Positions 12,285 to 26,179 of a stretch of 64,000 bases of DNA are shown here, one piece after another. This DNA is from Calcarisporiella thermophila CBS 279.70 (Eukaryota; Fungi; Calcarisporiellomycota), in contig NW_027192198.1 of NCBI RefSeq assembly GCF_041956535.1, positions 901,834-965,833 on the forward strand. The letters run 5' to 3'. A model generated the notes under the pieces. The model had not been told where the DNA came from, ran no database searches, and saw only the letters and a program-made list of their open reading frames with translations. Each line of letters begins with the position of its first letter. Position 1 is the first letter of the stretch. The position numbers and the translations under genes were made by a program.

Positions 12285-14026
12285 ATAGGCTCTTGTTTGC
12301 TTTCTTAATTTCATCAAGATGGAGCTTCCTCCTGACATAAGCATGTATGCTTTTATATGGGTGCCCATGTTTATCTACATTTACCTCCGTGGCCTATCTT
12401 GCTAGTCTCTTAATTTATGAGGCTCTCTTGGAACTATGAATAAACTTTATTTTTTTTCTTTGATGCAAAGTTGACTCCCTGAGAGCGAAAATGACCGACA
12501 TTAAAGCAGCAGTATGATTCTGTTATTTCAGCGGTTATCCCTCGCTCTGCGCTTTCAAATTGAGAACTTCTTGACGAGAACCTTTATACCTTTGTCCAAA
12601 AATGGGCCACTCGTGGAACACTGAAAATGGTAGGGTGGAGCCCGAACCAGACCTGCTCTACCCTTTTCGGATCCTTTGTCTTCACACATCACCTGGGGTC
12701 CCGGCTGTATCTGTTCTCGAAATACCTTTTATAAAAAGAAATAGAATAAATCATATTCCCGTTGCATTGCGAATTTAATTAAAGATTGGAAAGGCATCGG
12801 AGGGGAGGATAGAGTACCCATTGGACAACCATTCTTGTTGTCCTGGATCATGGCCCATCGGGGACCGATATTATGTAAGAATGACGCGGGCTAAAGACGG
12901 CTCCGTCCCCTTCTCAAACATAGAGTTACCCGTCCATTCAAGGTTTAATGCCAGGTCTGCCAAGAGGTGTCTGCCGGTCGGATAGGAACAAACCTTCGAT
13001 GCTGATGCTGATTTCCAATCGGCTTTTACCGAAGAGAGATAAACAGTTCCCGTCCTCCTGAACACTATCCTCATCTGTTACGCATTAACCTAGAGTAGAT
13101 AGAATTATTTACGGGAAGAGAAAATCATCCCTCATAGAAAACCAGGAGAGCCAGCAAGACTTCAGGAGAGTAGCTTAGGAGCTGATTGATCTAATGGGCA
13201 CTCTAGCTGATTCAGCAACTTATTGTGCAATTAGGGGAAAAAGAACCCACTCTCCTCTATTGCTAAGGATATACTGGGTGTTCATTCATCCTAGTAGCAA
13301 GACCGGAAAAACTGGGAGAGGTTTTGCATAGAGAGAGCAAGTCCTTGAGCGCGTTTGACAAGGCCCCGGCCGCGCAGGAGTTGGAACTGACTTTGGAGCA
13401 ATCGGTGGGGCTGCTTTGGAAAGCCACGGACGGCAGCCTTGAGTGATTCGAGTTTCATCCCGGCTTTTCCCTTTTACATGACACCGCAACATTTCAAGCC
13501 TATGTCAAACAGGACAATATCCCATGGACAGCGTTTCAGGATTTTTGGTCACGACGCTGCTTGGCAACTCGTCTCAACGCCGGCTATGGGTCGCAGCTAG
13601 AGCGGTGCGGGGTGAGAGCGTAGGCAAGCGGGAAGGATCGGATCCGTTTCCCCTAGGTTTTATGACTGGATGCCAAGGCTATGGCGGATGTTTCAGAAAG
13701 AGCTCGTTCTTCCTTACATGGGCTGCTTTTCATATAGTCAAGAGCGTCTCAGGCTATTTTTAACCCTAGTATAGTAATTTTGCCTCTCCGCTTCCATATA
13801 TGTGGGGCGGGCCGTAAGCCCAAACCTCCTTCTCCTTTTCCTCGATTTCCTTGTGCGGCTGGTTTGCCGCTGTGGAAAACCCTAACAAGGCCAATGACAC
13901 TGGCGGATCGGTGAGATAAAAACTCCACGTTTTTTCCATTTTACTCCTTCCATTTAATTTTTTTCCCTTGCTCGTGTTCGACCGGCAACTGTGCTGCTTC
14001 ATCCACCGCTTGACGTCGAACCCTCT

Positions 14027-15361
14027 ATGCATGCCCCCAAGTTATACTCCAATGCGGTAAAGCTCTTCCAGATTCGCGTCGAGACCATGGTGCCAGGCGG
14101 CGGGGAAGGCGAGGTGATCCTCCATGGGATGGCTTCGGAGGCATCTGGCTACAGATTGCGTGGCACCCTGGTGCTGAGCCTGAGCGACAATTTCAACGTG
14201 AAAAGCATAGGCTTGCGCTTTCTGGGCGAAATGAAGATCGGATGGGTAGAGGGTAAGTTGGATGGATGGCGGTAGGCAGCAAGGCTTGTTCTAATGCTCC
14301 TCATTGGCTCTCTTGCGGCGTTTCTCTCCTGTTCGCGTCCTGAAGCCTCCTCAACTCCGTACCAGAAATCGTGGAAAGAGGACCGAACGCTCATGGACCA
14401 CACCTGGACCTTCGTCTCGTCGCTGCACACGCTCCCGCCCGGCAACCATGTCTGGCCGTTTGAGATCACCCTCCCAGGCTCGACCCCTGAAACCGTCGCT
14501 CCCATTAACGCGAACCATTCCCAGGTCCTCTACTATCTCAAGGCGAGCATCGATCGGCCGGGCCTCTCCTCCAACCTGTCCACCAAGCTCCCGATCCGAG
14601 TCATCAGGATCCCGCTGTCATCCTCGCTGGATCTGATGCAATCCCTGGCGTTCGTCAACTGCTGGGAGAGGAAGGTCCGGTATGAGGTCGTGCTCCCCTC
14701 CCGGGGAATTGTGAAGGGAAGCCACTTCCTCGCCAATGTCCGGCTGGAGATGCTGTCGAAGAAATTGTTCGTCCGCGGGGTCAACTGGGTGTTGGCCGAG
14801 GTCCTGACTCTGACCGTGCAAACGCAGAGGCGCGCCATCGACACCGTCCTCGCGGCCGGGGGTCAAGATGTCGAGACGGCGCATTCCGAGGAGAAGCCCA
14901 ATTATGACATCCTTCTCCCGATCAAAGTGCCTCAGAGCGGTCTACGCTGCGACGCAGACATAGCTGGTCTGCGCATACGCCACAAAATCACCTTTTACAT
15001 CATGATCTCGGATAGGAGAAGGCATCATATGCAGCTCTATATCTCGCTGCCGGTGACGATCGTCGATCAGCGGTTCGGCGAGATGGTGAACACGCTCCCC
15101 ACCTACGGCGAGAGCTTCTCCGTCCCCGCGATCGCCGGCTCTCCGGCACAAACCAGAGAGCCCTTGGGCGCGTCGGATTATATGGGCTTGGCGCAGGCTC
15201 TCAACGGTGAGAGCGAAGCCCCGGGCCTCTCCCCCTTGGAAAGGCTAAAATTGATGCGACTCCCCTCGTACCGCACGGCCTTGCGCGAATCACCCCTCAA
15301 CTTACCCGTCTCCGACTCACTACCCTCATACCTGGATATCTCGAGTCGTCTGCCCAGCTAG
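14027..15361 (+). CDS. Alpha-arrestin (ART/Rod1/CreD-like ubiquitin-ligase adaptor), intron ~14253-14345
   Basis: LRGTLVLSL, LPPGNHVWPFEITLPG, VLYYLKASIDRP, WERKVRYEVVLP and IRHKITF; C-terminal PY-like motifs LPTY, LPSY, LPSY. Confidence 0.88.
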
Positions 15362-15703
15362 ACCCGCGATGGCCTCGCTATCCTCCTTGTATTTACCTCC
15401 TCATCCCTCTGTGGGCGCCCTGGTAACCATAATAGACGTGTAGTATTAATGGGTATCCACTAATGCCTCCATCCTCCCGGGTTATGTATATTAATTATTT
15501 TTTATCAATAATGTATATAGCTCTTTCTATTTTTGTTTTCCCCTTCTTTGGGGCCAGTGTGCATACTGTATTTAATGTATGCGGTTTACTTTTATTGAGG
15601 GGGGAAGAGGAAAGGGAAGAACTAATCGTAAGCGTGGTTGTATAAAAAAAATAGTCGTCATCAAAAGAAACAGAGGTTGTAACAAAAAAAAACACACACA
15701 AGG

Positions 15704-16593
15704 TTACTGGTCCTTGTTGGTGGTCTTCTTGGTACCCCGAAGCAGACCAGTGCGGCGAGCCGCCACAAGACCCACCTTCTGACCAGGGGGAGCAAACCGC
15801 GACACGGTCGAGGCATGGCCGATGTGCTGGTGGTTACCACCTCCGTGGGGATGGTCCACGGGATTCATGGCCACACCACGGGTCTTGGGCCAGGCGTTGC
15901 GCTTCACTCGGTACTTGTGATACGCGCGGCCAGCCTTGAGCAAGGGCTTATCGATACGCCCGCCACCGGCCACGATGCCGATCATGGCCCGAGCATTACC
16001 ACTGATCACCTTCTTGGCCCCCGACGGAAGCTTCACGCGCGTCTTGTTGGTCTCGGGGTTGTGGCCGATGATGGTGGCGTAGTTGCCGGAGCAGCGGGCG
16101 AGGGCGCCCCGGTCTCCCACCTTCTCCTCCACGTTGCTAACGATGGTACCCTCGGGCATGGCCGACACGGGCAAGACATTGCCGACGGTCAGCGCGGCCT
16201 TCTTACCACAGTAGATGAACTGGCCAGTGTGGAGACCCTCGGTAGCGACGATCGTCTCCGTGCGGAGCTTGTACCTACATTCCACCACGAAACGGCCCCG
16301 TGTTAGTCCCGGTTCATCCATCGATACTGCCAATGCGGCGGGGATGCCATCCAGCAAGGATGCTGGTAAGGCCTGCTTAGGCTAACTTACCGATAAGGAT
16401 CCCGGAACACAACCTTGGCAAGAGGGGCACCCCGTCCGGGATCGTGCACGATTTCCTTCACAATCCCGCGGATATATCCATTGCGCTCTGCAAAATCGAG
16501 GGCTCGGAATTTGGCGGCACCCTTGCGACCGGCCGTATGGGATTTGAAGATGCCACCGGCACCTTTGCGTTGGGCACGGATTACACGACCCAT
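15704..16593 (-). CDS. RPL2: 60S ribosomal protein uL2 (L2/L8), intron 16275-16390, plus a probable 5' UTR intron (~16603-16860)
   Basis: [50 protein letters not shown]. Confidence 0.98.
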
Positions 16594-17342
16594 GGTTTAA
16601 ATCTAAATCGGAAGAGGGAGAGACATGAAAGAAAGCATGAGAACATGCCGATCTTGGTAAAAACATGGGAAAAGCTCGATCGCCGCATTCCATTTTAAGA
16701 GGGACATGGTTTCGTTTCCATCCCCTCGATCCATTCCATCCAATAGCCCCCCTCGCGAGGACGGAAACTAGCCCATCCCTCGCCCTCCCCTACTCATCCA
16801 TCTATCGATCTGTCCATCCATCCATCCATCCATTCTGCCGCCCTCCTCTAGACTACTCACCGGCTTAAAGTGTTAAGGGGATTAGAGAGGAGGATCCCTA
16901 GGTCGATGTCTCCCTTCGACTATTAAACATTTTTTAACCATAATTAAGTTAATTAACTTGTTGAATTTAATCTTCCGTCTAAAAAATGTCGAGGGCAGGT
17001 GAGATGTACTATTTACCGAGGGTTACAGAGATATTATCAACAAATAATATAAAAAGAGGGAGCGGAGGGGGGGAGGGGAGGCGTCGTTGGGATAGAGCCG
17101 ATCACTAAGGTGTAGTGTCGACAGGATACTGGTCAAAGGGCTGAAGGAAGGTGGGAGGAAAGGAAAGGAAAGGAAAGGAATGAGAGAGGGAAGTGGAGGC
17201 GGGAAAAAAATGAAATAGAATAGAGATGTAGGTGTAATAATTGTCCAACAATCCCAATATGAAAGGAAAAATAAAATACCAGAGGATTAATAAAGAAAAG
17301 ATATACGAAAAAGGGGCGATAAAATGGTGCTGGATATATAAT

Positions 17343-18878
17343 TTATGCTAAATATTCTGCCAGTCTCTCGACCACCTGATTCATCGAAGGGCGCTATGGA
17401 TGAAGCAAAACCCACAATAAAGGGGTGTGAGCGAAGCGACCTGTAAGAAAATAAAGTAGTATGGGTACCTTCTTCGGATCCTTATGCCACATTTCTTGAA
17501 TCAGCTCCAGAAGTGAGTTGGGGTATTTTCCTATCAGCGTCTGTAACGATGGCCGCACCCCCTTATCCCGCACCCCTTCATACAGCTGATGCTCTGTCAT
17601 GTCTTGGTAGGGATATCCGAGCTCTGCCCAAGTCAAAATCTCCCAAAAGATCAACCCGCACGCATACACGTCTACTTTCTCGGAGTACCGCGGGTTGGTC
17701 GACCAGAACTCAGGGGCCTGCCATTGTGGGGTGCCACAGAGGGTGGTGAGAGAGGCGTTGGCCCGAGGGCGGATACGGGCGAGGCCAAAATCATTGATCT
17801 TGGCGCGGAAGTCGGCGGATATAAGAATGTTCATGGATTTGAGATCGCGGTGGATAATGGACGGACGGCGCGCATGCATATAGGAGACGCCAAGAGATAT
17901 GTCGTGCATTAAAGTGACCTGAGCGCATTCGAAGCAAAAAGAAACCGGGTTAGTGTTGGAACAAGCCCACTCTTCCGCAGCCCCTTACCTGCACGCTAAA
18001 GTTCGGCTTTCTAGTCTTGCGCATGATGTCGAATAGATCACCCTCACAGAGCTCGGTCACAATGCAAAGATGCTTTGCGTTGGTACACACTCCGATGAAG
18101 CGGATGATATTTTCGTGGCAGAGCTGTCTAGTCCAAAAAAAAAGTGCGGTAGTGTGAGTTGGGTCGATACCAGGGGAGAGCAAAATAGACACCTACTTCA
18201 GTACATTGATTTCGTGCTTCATCTCCATGATGTCCTCCTCCGTAAATTGGGCAACTCGCAATTCGCCAATGGCTACTGGTTTACCTCTGTAAACCCCCGC
18301 AAAGCAATCTTTGAATCCGCCCGAGCCCAGTCTCTTGCCGATAATCAATTCATCGTAGGAAATCAATTCATCCTGGCCCGATTTGTCATCAAGGAACAAG
18401 GTGCTAAAGCGTTTAGAGTTTAAATCGCGCTCATAGGAGGGCGAAGAGAATTTGGCAGGGTAAAGGCGGGGGGTAGTCGGTGCGGGTATGGGTTTGGTAT
18501 TTTGCTTCTGAAAAAGGGAAGGGGGGAAATATTGAAATGTTTAGATCCAAAAATTATCGTATAAATCAATACCCAATCAAGAAGCGCGTTTATGAGCTTT
18601 TCTTTAGAACCCTCTGTGGGAAGCCCTACATGAATAATAAACATTTAGGATCTACCCATGGCTTGGGAATGGGTGCGCTGCCATACCTCGCTCTTGACAG
18701 AGCGCAATCAGCTCCGCTAGGATCTTCTTGTTCAAAGTAGCCCATGTCTCGCGCTAAGGATGCGCAATGAAAGTTAGCACGGGCAATCGCCGAAGGAAAT
18801 GGAAGTATAACGACGTACCTCTAGAGTGTCGTCAATGTGTCGCGTTATCCTCTGGAATTTGGGGCGCATGGTAGCCAT
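17343..18878 (-). CDS. TKL-type protein kinase with N-terminal SAP domain and WNK-like lysine placement (multi-exon)
   Basis: Spliced exons give WATLNKKILAELIALCQERGLPTEGSKEKLINALLDW (SAP); then GSGGFKDC, VAIGELR, HEINVLKQLCHENIIRFIG, HRDLKSMN, DFGLAR, GTPQWQAPE, DVYACG and RPSMNQVVERL. Confidence 0.88.
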
Positions 18879-19473
18879 GGGGGGGCAAGGCGTTAAACGA
18901 GTATTCAAGTGTGGCAACAAAGAGGGGCAGAGGAGATATAAGATGATGGGGTATTGTAGAATGGAAAGTATAGAGATTGTGGGCAAGCGTCTTTTTTTCT
19001 TTCTGTATAAAAAATGGTTCACTACTTCTTACTCAAATATCTTCTCCAAAAATGGGATAAGTCGATGAGGGATTCAATTGATGCCCTTTAGAACACCAAC
19101 GAAAAATCCCTGGGCAACCTTCTAAGCGCGCCTCAATTTCTTGCCTCTCAGGGGGCCTCAGGGCAAGGCACGCTTCCAGTGGAGTTAGTGGTGATTTTGT
19201 GGTGCTTCAAGGTTACGACGACGGAACACCTTTGTGCAATGAGGAGGGGATAGCCGGCGGCAGTCACGATGCTAAGCCATCGTGTATCGTTGCGATGTGG
19301 GGGATGGGTGTAGTCAAATGTTAACGTGGGTCTCTTTCGTGGCAGCGCGCGAGACGAATACATAATCAAACCTTTAATATTCTCTTTCTGTTACGCGCCT
19401 TCGATAGCAAATAAAGAAAGAAATCAACACTAATATAACCGAGGCGACGAAAGAGGAATTCATCAGTAGGAAA

Positions 19474-22400
19474 ATGCAGGCATCACAGCCACCCCCCCCA
19501 CAGCAACACGGACAGCGCCCCCCATTCCCGGCTGGACCCCGGCCACCTATGGCACCAGGTATGCGACCGCCGCCTGGCCCCGGGATGGCCCGCCCTCCAT
19601 TCCCACCTGGCAATCGATCACAGGGTCCCGGAATGCCATCACAAGGAATGGGAAGACCTGGGGAGCCTTTAGGTGAGTAGATGCACATCATCTATCTTTA
19701 GATCGAAATGGGTTTATATTGTTCCGCGCAGATGAAAGGAATTATTCTCCCGATCTACTCTGAACTCCCTTTTCGCTAACTCTATTGCATCGATGTTAAC
19801 CATTTTCATCCCCTCCCTTATTTTCTAATCCTGCTTAGGTCCTGGAATGCGTCCTCCAATGGCCGGAAGGGTATCGCCACTTCCACCTGGCAATCGACCA
19901 CCTCCTCCCCAGAGCGGTCCTCAAAACATACCTCCAGGCCAGCGGCCTCCTATGCCTTACCCGGGTGCCCAACCCGGCCATCCGCCTCCTAATGCTCCTG
20001 GAAGCTCTCCTATGGGACGGCCTCCATTCCCTCAGCAGCCAAGACCTGGAATGCGTCCTCAAGCCGCTCCTCAACAGTTCCCCTCTCAAGGCCCCGGGCC
20101 TGTGTCATCCGTAGATGAGCAATCGGTGTTCACTCCTCAGGATGCCGTGACATCAGTAAGCAACCAGATGGATGCAATGAACTTGAATCAATTCGTAAGC
20201 TCTTTTGATGACGGATCCTCTTTCTTCCAATTTCTTAATGTATTGTGTGTTCTCGACATCTAGAGACCTGCCGGTGGAGCAAAACCTCGCTCTAAACGAG
20301 TATACGCTACAGATAATGTTTCTCCTCAAGAGGCCATCCCACAAGTCCCTCAGCCGGGCATCCCTCCGCAACCGCCTCAACCAATCGGCGTTCAGCCGCA
20401 AGGCATACAGCATCCTCAGCAGCCGGCTCCTCCAGGATATCCTCAGCAACCTCCTGCATTTACCCCTGGCCATCCCCCCCATGCTCCGCAACAAACCCCT
20501 CCTCAACACCTTCAGCAACAACAGCCTGGTCCGATGCATGCTATGCATGCTCATCCCCAGCAGCAAGCGCGTCCACGGATCGATCCTAACCAAATCCCGT
20601 CGCCGGTTATGGTACAGGAGCAGGATCAAGAGCATTTCGCGCAACAACCATATATGACGTGCTCAAAGACTGCGGTCCCCCTCGCAAGTTCGGACTTCCA
20701 TGCTATCGATGAGGGGAACTGTGTTCCGCGCTTCATGAGAATGACTACGTACAATATACCCTTTAGTGAGGGACTCCTAAACTCGGTGCACATGCCCTTG
20801 GGAGTTGTGGTGCAGCCGCTGGCGAAACTGCGTCACGACGAGGTGGGGACGATTGCCAATGCTCCATCCCCTTTTGATTTGTGGTCTCTAACCAGTTTTG
20901 AAACTATGTTTCTAGGGTCCTATTCCGGTGATTGAAACGGGTGAGGTTGGTCCTGTGAGATGTCTACGGTGCAAGGCGTATATAAACCCTTTTGTCTCAT
21001 TCACGGAGGGCGGACAGAAGTATACATGTAATATGTGTGGGTTTGGTAGTCAAGGTAGAGTGGCGCGTCATTTTGATTTTTTTCGAGCGGAATTGATCCT
21101 GAGTTTTGGTTTGAATTTTTTTTTTTTGGCTCCAACTCTAGTGCCACAAGAGTATTTCTGCAACCTCGACATGATGGGCCGTCGCCTCGACTTTGAACAA
21201 CGCCCTGAACTTCGACACGGCACCGTTGAATTTACCGTTCCTCGCGAATATTCATCTCGTGATCCCGCGCCAGGTGCCTACGTCTTCGCCATCGATGTAT
21301 CCTGGAACTCGATTCAGAGCGGAATGCTAGAGCAATGCATCGAGTCGCTTAAAGCGGTGCTCTTCGATGAAACGCGCATTCTGCCCGAAGGAGCTCGTGT
21401 AGGAATAATCACTTACGACCGAACAGTGCATTTCTACAACTTGTCGGTGAGTGTCGTCTAAAGTGATCGCCGCATTCGTTTTCTTTTAATATTTTGCCTA
21501 AATACTTTTGCCGCCACAACTATTAGCCCCAGCTAGATCAAGCCCAGATGCTGGTCGTCTCTGATGTGAACGATATGTTTGTTCCCCTCAGTTCCGGCTT
21601 CCTCGTTGATCCACTCGAATCTCGCCAAGTGATCACCGATTTGTTTAACGCTCTGCCGAACATGTTCAAAAATAACAAGATATCCGACCCGGCATTTGGC
21701 GCTGCGGTGCAGGCAGCCCAGCAGGCGATGGCCAGCACCGGCGGGAAACTATTGATTTACTTGACTTCGCTCCCTCTGAGTGGTCCAGGGACCCTGAAGT
21801 ATAGGGATGACCCGAAGCTATACAACACAGAGGGAGAACGCAAACTCTTCACCCCCCAGGATGCTTGGTACAAAACAATGGCGACGCAATGTGCAACGGC
21901 GGGCGTGTGTGTCGACCTGTTCCTCTTCCCCAGCGCATATGTTGATGTTGCCACACTATGTTTGTATTTTGTATACTAGGCCACTTTTATATTTGCTGGA
22001 GTGACTGAGCCTTTTTTTTCCAACTTAACAGCGGTGCTACCCTCACAGACGGGAGGAGACACTTACTTTTATCCGCAGTTCGTTCGTTCCCGGGATGGCA
22101 CTCGCCTTACCCACGATATCAAACATAATCTCTTACGAGAGCATGGCCAGGATGCTGTGATGCGTATTCGTTGCTCCACCGGTCTGAAGGTGGTCGAGCA
22201 CCTTGGGCACTTCCATTCGCGCAATCCGACCGACCTCGAGCTGGCCGGTATCGACGCGGATAAGGCGTTTGGGGTCATTCTTGGATATGACGAGCGGTTG
22301 GACGATAAGCAGCCTGCCCATATTCAATGTGCTTTGCTGTACACGACGAAAGAGGGATCGAGGAGAGTGCGGGTACACAACTTGGCCGTGGGTGTCACAA

Positions 22401-23488
22401 ACTTGGTTGGGAATGTTTTCCGGCATGCTGAGGCTGATGCATCAGTGAATCTCTTGCTTAAAGGAGGTAAAATATCTACCGCAAATTAGCAAAACCCTAA
22501 CGCGAACACTAATAGCGAGGTGCTTTTCTCTTTCTTCCAGCCTTTAACCAGGCGCTTGAGAAGCCCCTTAAGGATGTGCGCGAGGCTCTTACCGAGCGAT
22601 GTGCCAAGATCCTGGCAGCATATCGCAAAAACTGTGCATCCTCGACCTCTCCTGGCCAGGTAAAGTTGAGAGGGACTGTGTGTAATAAAAGCTTAATTAA
22701 CCAATGCATTTTAAAAAAAAAACTCAGCTTATTCTCCCAGAAGCCTACAAATTGCTACCCCTTTATACGCTTACCATGCTCAAGTCGAAAGCCCTTCGGG
22801 GTGGTCCCGATCTAAACGCAGATATCCGTGTATACACCATGCGGATGATCAAGACCATGGGGGTTTCGGAAACTATTGGGCTGCTTTATCCACGGATGTT
22901 TGCCGTGCATGAGATGCCCGAGAATGTAGGCCTTAGTCCCTTTTGAAGCCATGCCGATGGATCAAGGTATATTCTAATTTATTTTGGGAATTTTAGGCTG
23001 GGCTATCGGAAGAAACTGGTCACTTCAAAACCCCTCCCCTTGTGCGGGTGTCCTACGAGCGCCTCAATCCGGCGGGAGCTTATCTTCTTGAAAATGGCCA
23101 CCAGATGTTTATCTGGATTGGCCGCCAGATCGAATCGCAATTCTTGCGCGATGTCTTCCAAGTCGAACACATCGAATCTCTTGACCCCAATCTGACCGCA
23201 CTTCCGTCCCTCGACACGCACATCTCCAGACAACTTCGTGCGCTAGTAGAGTTCCTGCAAGGACAGCGCAGGCAATACTTGGGGATGAGATTGGTGAGGC
23301 AACAACTAGACGCGCAGGCTGAAGCCGAGTTCGTCTCTTTGCTAGCAGAGGATAAATTTGGTGGCCCTGGGGGAGAAGGGCTGTCCTATGTAGACTATTT
23401 GCTGCATATGCACCGGAGAATACAGACAGAGATGGAGACAGTACGGGTTGAACCCCCACCTGCGGCAACCGGTGGCTGGCATTTCTAA
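19474..23488 (+). CDS. SEC24: COPII coat protein Sec24 (SEC24C/Sfb3 subtype), multi-exon
   Basis: Pro/Gln-rich N-terminus, RIDPNQIPSP, zinc finger RCLRCKAYINPF..CNMC, RPELRHGTVEF, YVFAIDVS, IQCALLYTT..RRVRVHNL, YRKNCAS and gelsolin-like YLLENG. Confidence 0.96.
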
Positions 23489-23551
23489 CCTTTTTTCTTA
23501 TTTGGTGAATGCGATAAAAGTATTTTGGAGCGTACGGTAATGCTTTTTTTT

Positions 23552-23963
23552 NNNNNNNNNNNNNNNNNNNNNNNNNNNNNNNNNNNNNNNNNNNNNNNNN
23601 NNNNNNNNNNNNNNNNNNNNNNNNNNNNNNNNNNNNNNNNNNNNNNNNNNNNNNNNNNNNNNNNNNNNNNNNNNNNNNNNNNNNNNNNNNNNNNNNNNNN
23701 NNNNNNNNNNNNNNNNNNNNNNNNNNNNNNNNNNNNNNNNNNNNNNNNNNNNNNNNNNNNNNNNNNNNNNNNNNNNNNNNNNNNNNNNNNNNNNNNNNNN
23801 NNNNNNNNNNNNNNNNNNNNNNNNNNNNNNNNNNNNNNNNNNNNNNNNNNNNNNNNNNNNNNNNNNNNNNNNNNNNNNNNNNNNNNNNNNNNNNNNNNNN
23901 NNNNNNNNNNNNNNNNNNNNNNNNNNNNNNNNNNNNNNNNNNNNNNNNNNNNNNNNNNNNNNN
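23552..23963. other. Assembly gap (N run)
   Basis: Run of N. Confidence 1.
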
Positions 23964-24296
23964 GTATTATTTTCTTATGGGATACTATGGGCTTTTCTCT
24001 CCTTTATTCATATGTTTTTTTTTTTCATTCTTTCCATTTCCCTCTTTTCTTTTATTAAATGGTCCTCTGTTACATGTGCTAGTTCAGACTCAAAGGATGG
24101 AGAATTTTGGGAAAAAAGTAAATACACTCCCCGATGTTGTGCAATAGATATTTCGTGCACACGAAGCAGCAACAAATGTGCCCATCTCGCATTTTTCTCA
24201 CGGTGCTCGTATAAAAAAAGCTCAGCTCAGCTCCCCACATTTTCTAATCACTCCCCTCGTACTTAATTCCCCCCCTTTGATAAACTAAAATTAAAA

Positions 24297-26179
24297 ATGT
24301 ACACTCGAGTTCTTACCCGCACACAAGGGTGAGTATATATGCACACGGGCTGCAAGGCTCATGCCGTACTAATTCTAATTTGGATGACCATTGCTTGATT
24401 AAAAACTAGGCTACCACTTCGTCGTACCTTTGCGACTACTGCTCAGCGAGCATCCGCCCGCACACTCCAAAACTACATCAACAATCAATTCGTCCCTTCC
24501 TCTGCCTCATCTGTTTTGCCAGTCACCTCTCCACATGATGGCAAAGTTATTGCCAATGTCCCGCTCTCACCTGCGTCAGAGGCCGACAGCGCAGTGGCCG
24601 CTGCAAAGAAGGCGTTCCCCGAATGGAGCAGCTTGACGGTCAAGGATCGTGTGCAATACCTGTACAAGCTTCACCGTGCTCTAACTGATAACATGGATGA
24701 GCTTGCAAAATTGATCCAGATGGAGCATGGAAAGAATTATACAGAGGTGAAGCTTACAATGATCAATGGATATTTGGTGCGAAGCTTTTGAAGGTTAACT
24801 CTGGCTGTCCTGCTGTAGGCAATTGGCTCAATCAGCAAAGGAATGGAGACTCTTGAGTACGCGATTTCCTTACCCCAACTCATCCAGGGTAAAATTCTTG
24901 ATGTCTCCCGCGGGGTCTCCTGTTTTGATCGTCGTGAGCCTCTCGGAGTTGTTGCTGGGATTGTTCCATTCAACTTCCCGATCATGATCCCGCTGTGGCT
25001 TCTGCCTTTCTCCATCGCATGCGGCAATACCTTTGTTTTGAAACCAAGTGAGAAAGTTCCCCTCACAATGAACCGGGTGTACGAGATGATCAAGGATATC
25101 GGCCTTCCGGAAGGTGTGGTCAACCTGGTAAATGGTGACTCGAATGTCGTCAATGCATTGATCGACAACAAGGACGTCAAGGCAGTGGCTTTTGTGGGGT
25201 CATCGCGAGTTGCCGAGATCGTTGCGCAGCGGAGTCAGCAGAATGGAAAGCGGGTGCTGGCTCTTGGTTTGTATTTCCCTTATGCAACCTAGGTGCGCAT
25301 TTATTCACTCACTCATGGGCATTAGGTGGCGCCAAGAATCACCTCGTGGCCGCTCCGGACTGCAACGTTGAGATGACTGCTCAAGGTAACGAATTCGGGT
25401 GGTAGCTACTCCTTCAATTGAGAATATTGACATCGCTCATCTATTGGTTAGATGTGGTGAACTCTTTCTCTGGTTGCTCTGGTCAGCGATGCATGGCTGC
25501 CAGTGCCCTCCTTATCGTGGGCAAACAGCAGGCCCTTCTTGATCAGATCGTCAAACGCGCTTCTACACTTAAGGTTAGCCGCGAGGACGGGTGTGTCGGT
25601 CCGGTTATCGACGAAGCCGCACAGAACAAGATCTTGGGCTACATTAACGATGCGGAAAAGGCTGGGGCCCAAATTCTCCTCGATGGTCGTCAACATGCCC
25701 AAGGCAAAGAGGGATGGTGGGTTGGGCCGACCATCATCTTGCACAAGAACAAGAGCGATGCTGCCCTCCGTGAGGAGATCTTCGGCCCCGTCCTCTCTGT
25801 GTACGAGTGCTCCACCCCGGAGGAGGCCATTGAGATCGAAAACTCGAATCCCTACGGCAACGCCGCGTGCATCTACACGACCACGGGTGCGACTGCCGAC
25901 TGGTTCACAAGAAGATTTAGCACCGGCATGGTCGGAGTTAACATTGGTATGCCTTTCTTTGGATGTGAAGTTTTACATCGATTCAAGCTCATCCCTTCAC
26001 TCGCTTTCCTAATAGGTACCCCGGTGCCGCGTGAGCCCTTCAGCTTTGGTGGAATCAACAAGAGCCGTTTCGGAAGTCATGTGGACATGACGGGCGATGG
26101 TGGTATCGAATTCTTCACCTGGAGGCGCAAAATCACCACAAAATGGACTAAACCCGCCGAGCAACACTGGCTTAACTAG
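24297..26179 (+). CDS. ALDH6A1: Methylmalonate-semialdehyde dehydrogenase (ALDH6), mitochondrial, multi-exon
   Basis: REPLGVVAGIVPFNFP, LKPSEKVP, AFVGSS, GGAKNH, GCSGQRCMA (catalytic Cys), EEIFGPVL, PVPREPFSFGG; Arg/Thr-rich presequence. Confidence 0.95.

Noticed and set aside
12632-12664. 10-bp hairpin AGGGTGGAGC/GCTCTACCCT
   Set aside because: Single short stem with no second copy or supporting context; could be chance
16812-17181. (CCAT)n and (GGAAA)n microsatellites (also CTGT at ~6925 and GGAT at ~31000)
   Set aside because: Ordinary short simple repeats in introns, UTRs and intergenic DNA
18193-18399. Pseudokinase call because the VAIK lysine is absent
   Set aside because: A Lys occupies the WNK position in the Gly-loop and the other catalytic motifs are intact
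23525-24058. ORF of X residues (likewise 35015-35789)
   Set aside because: Translation of assembly N gaps
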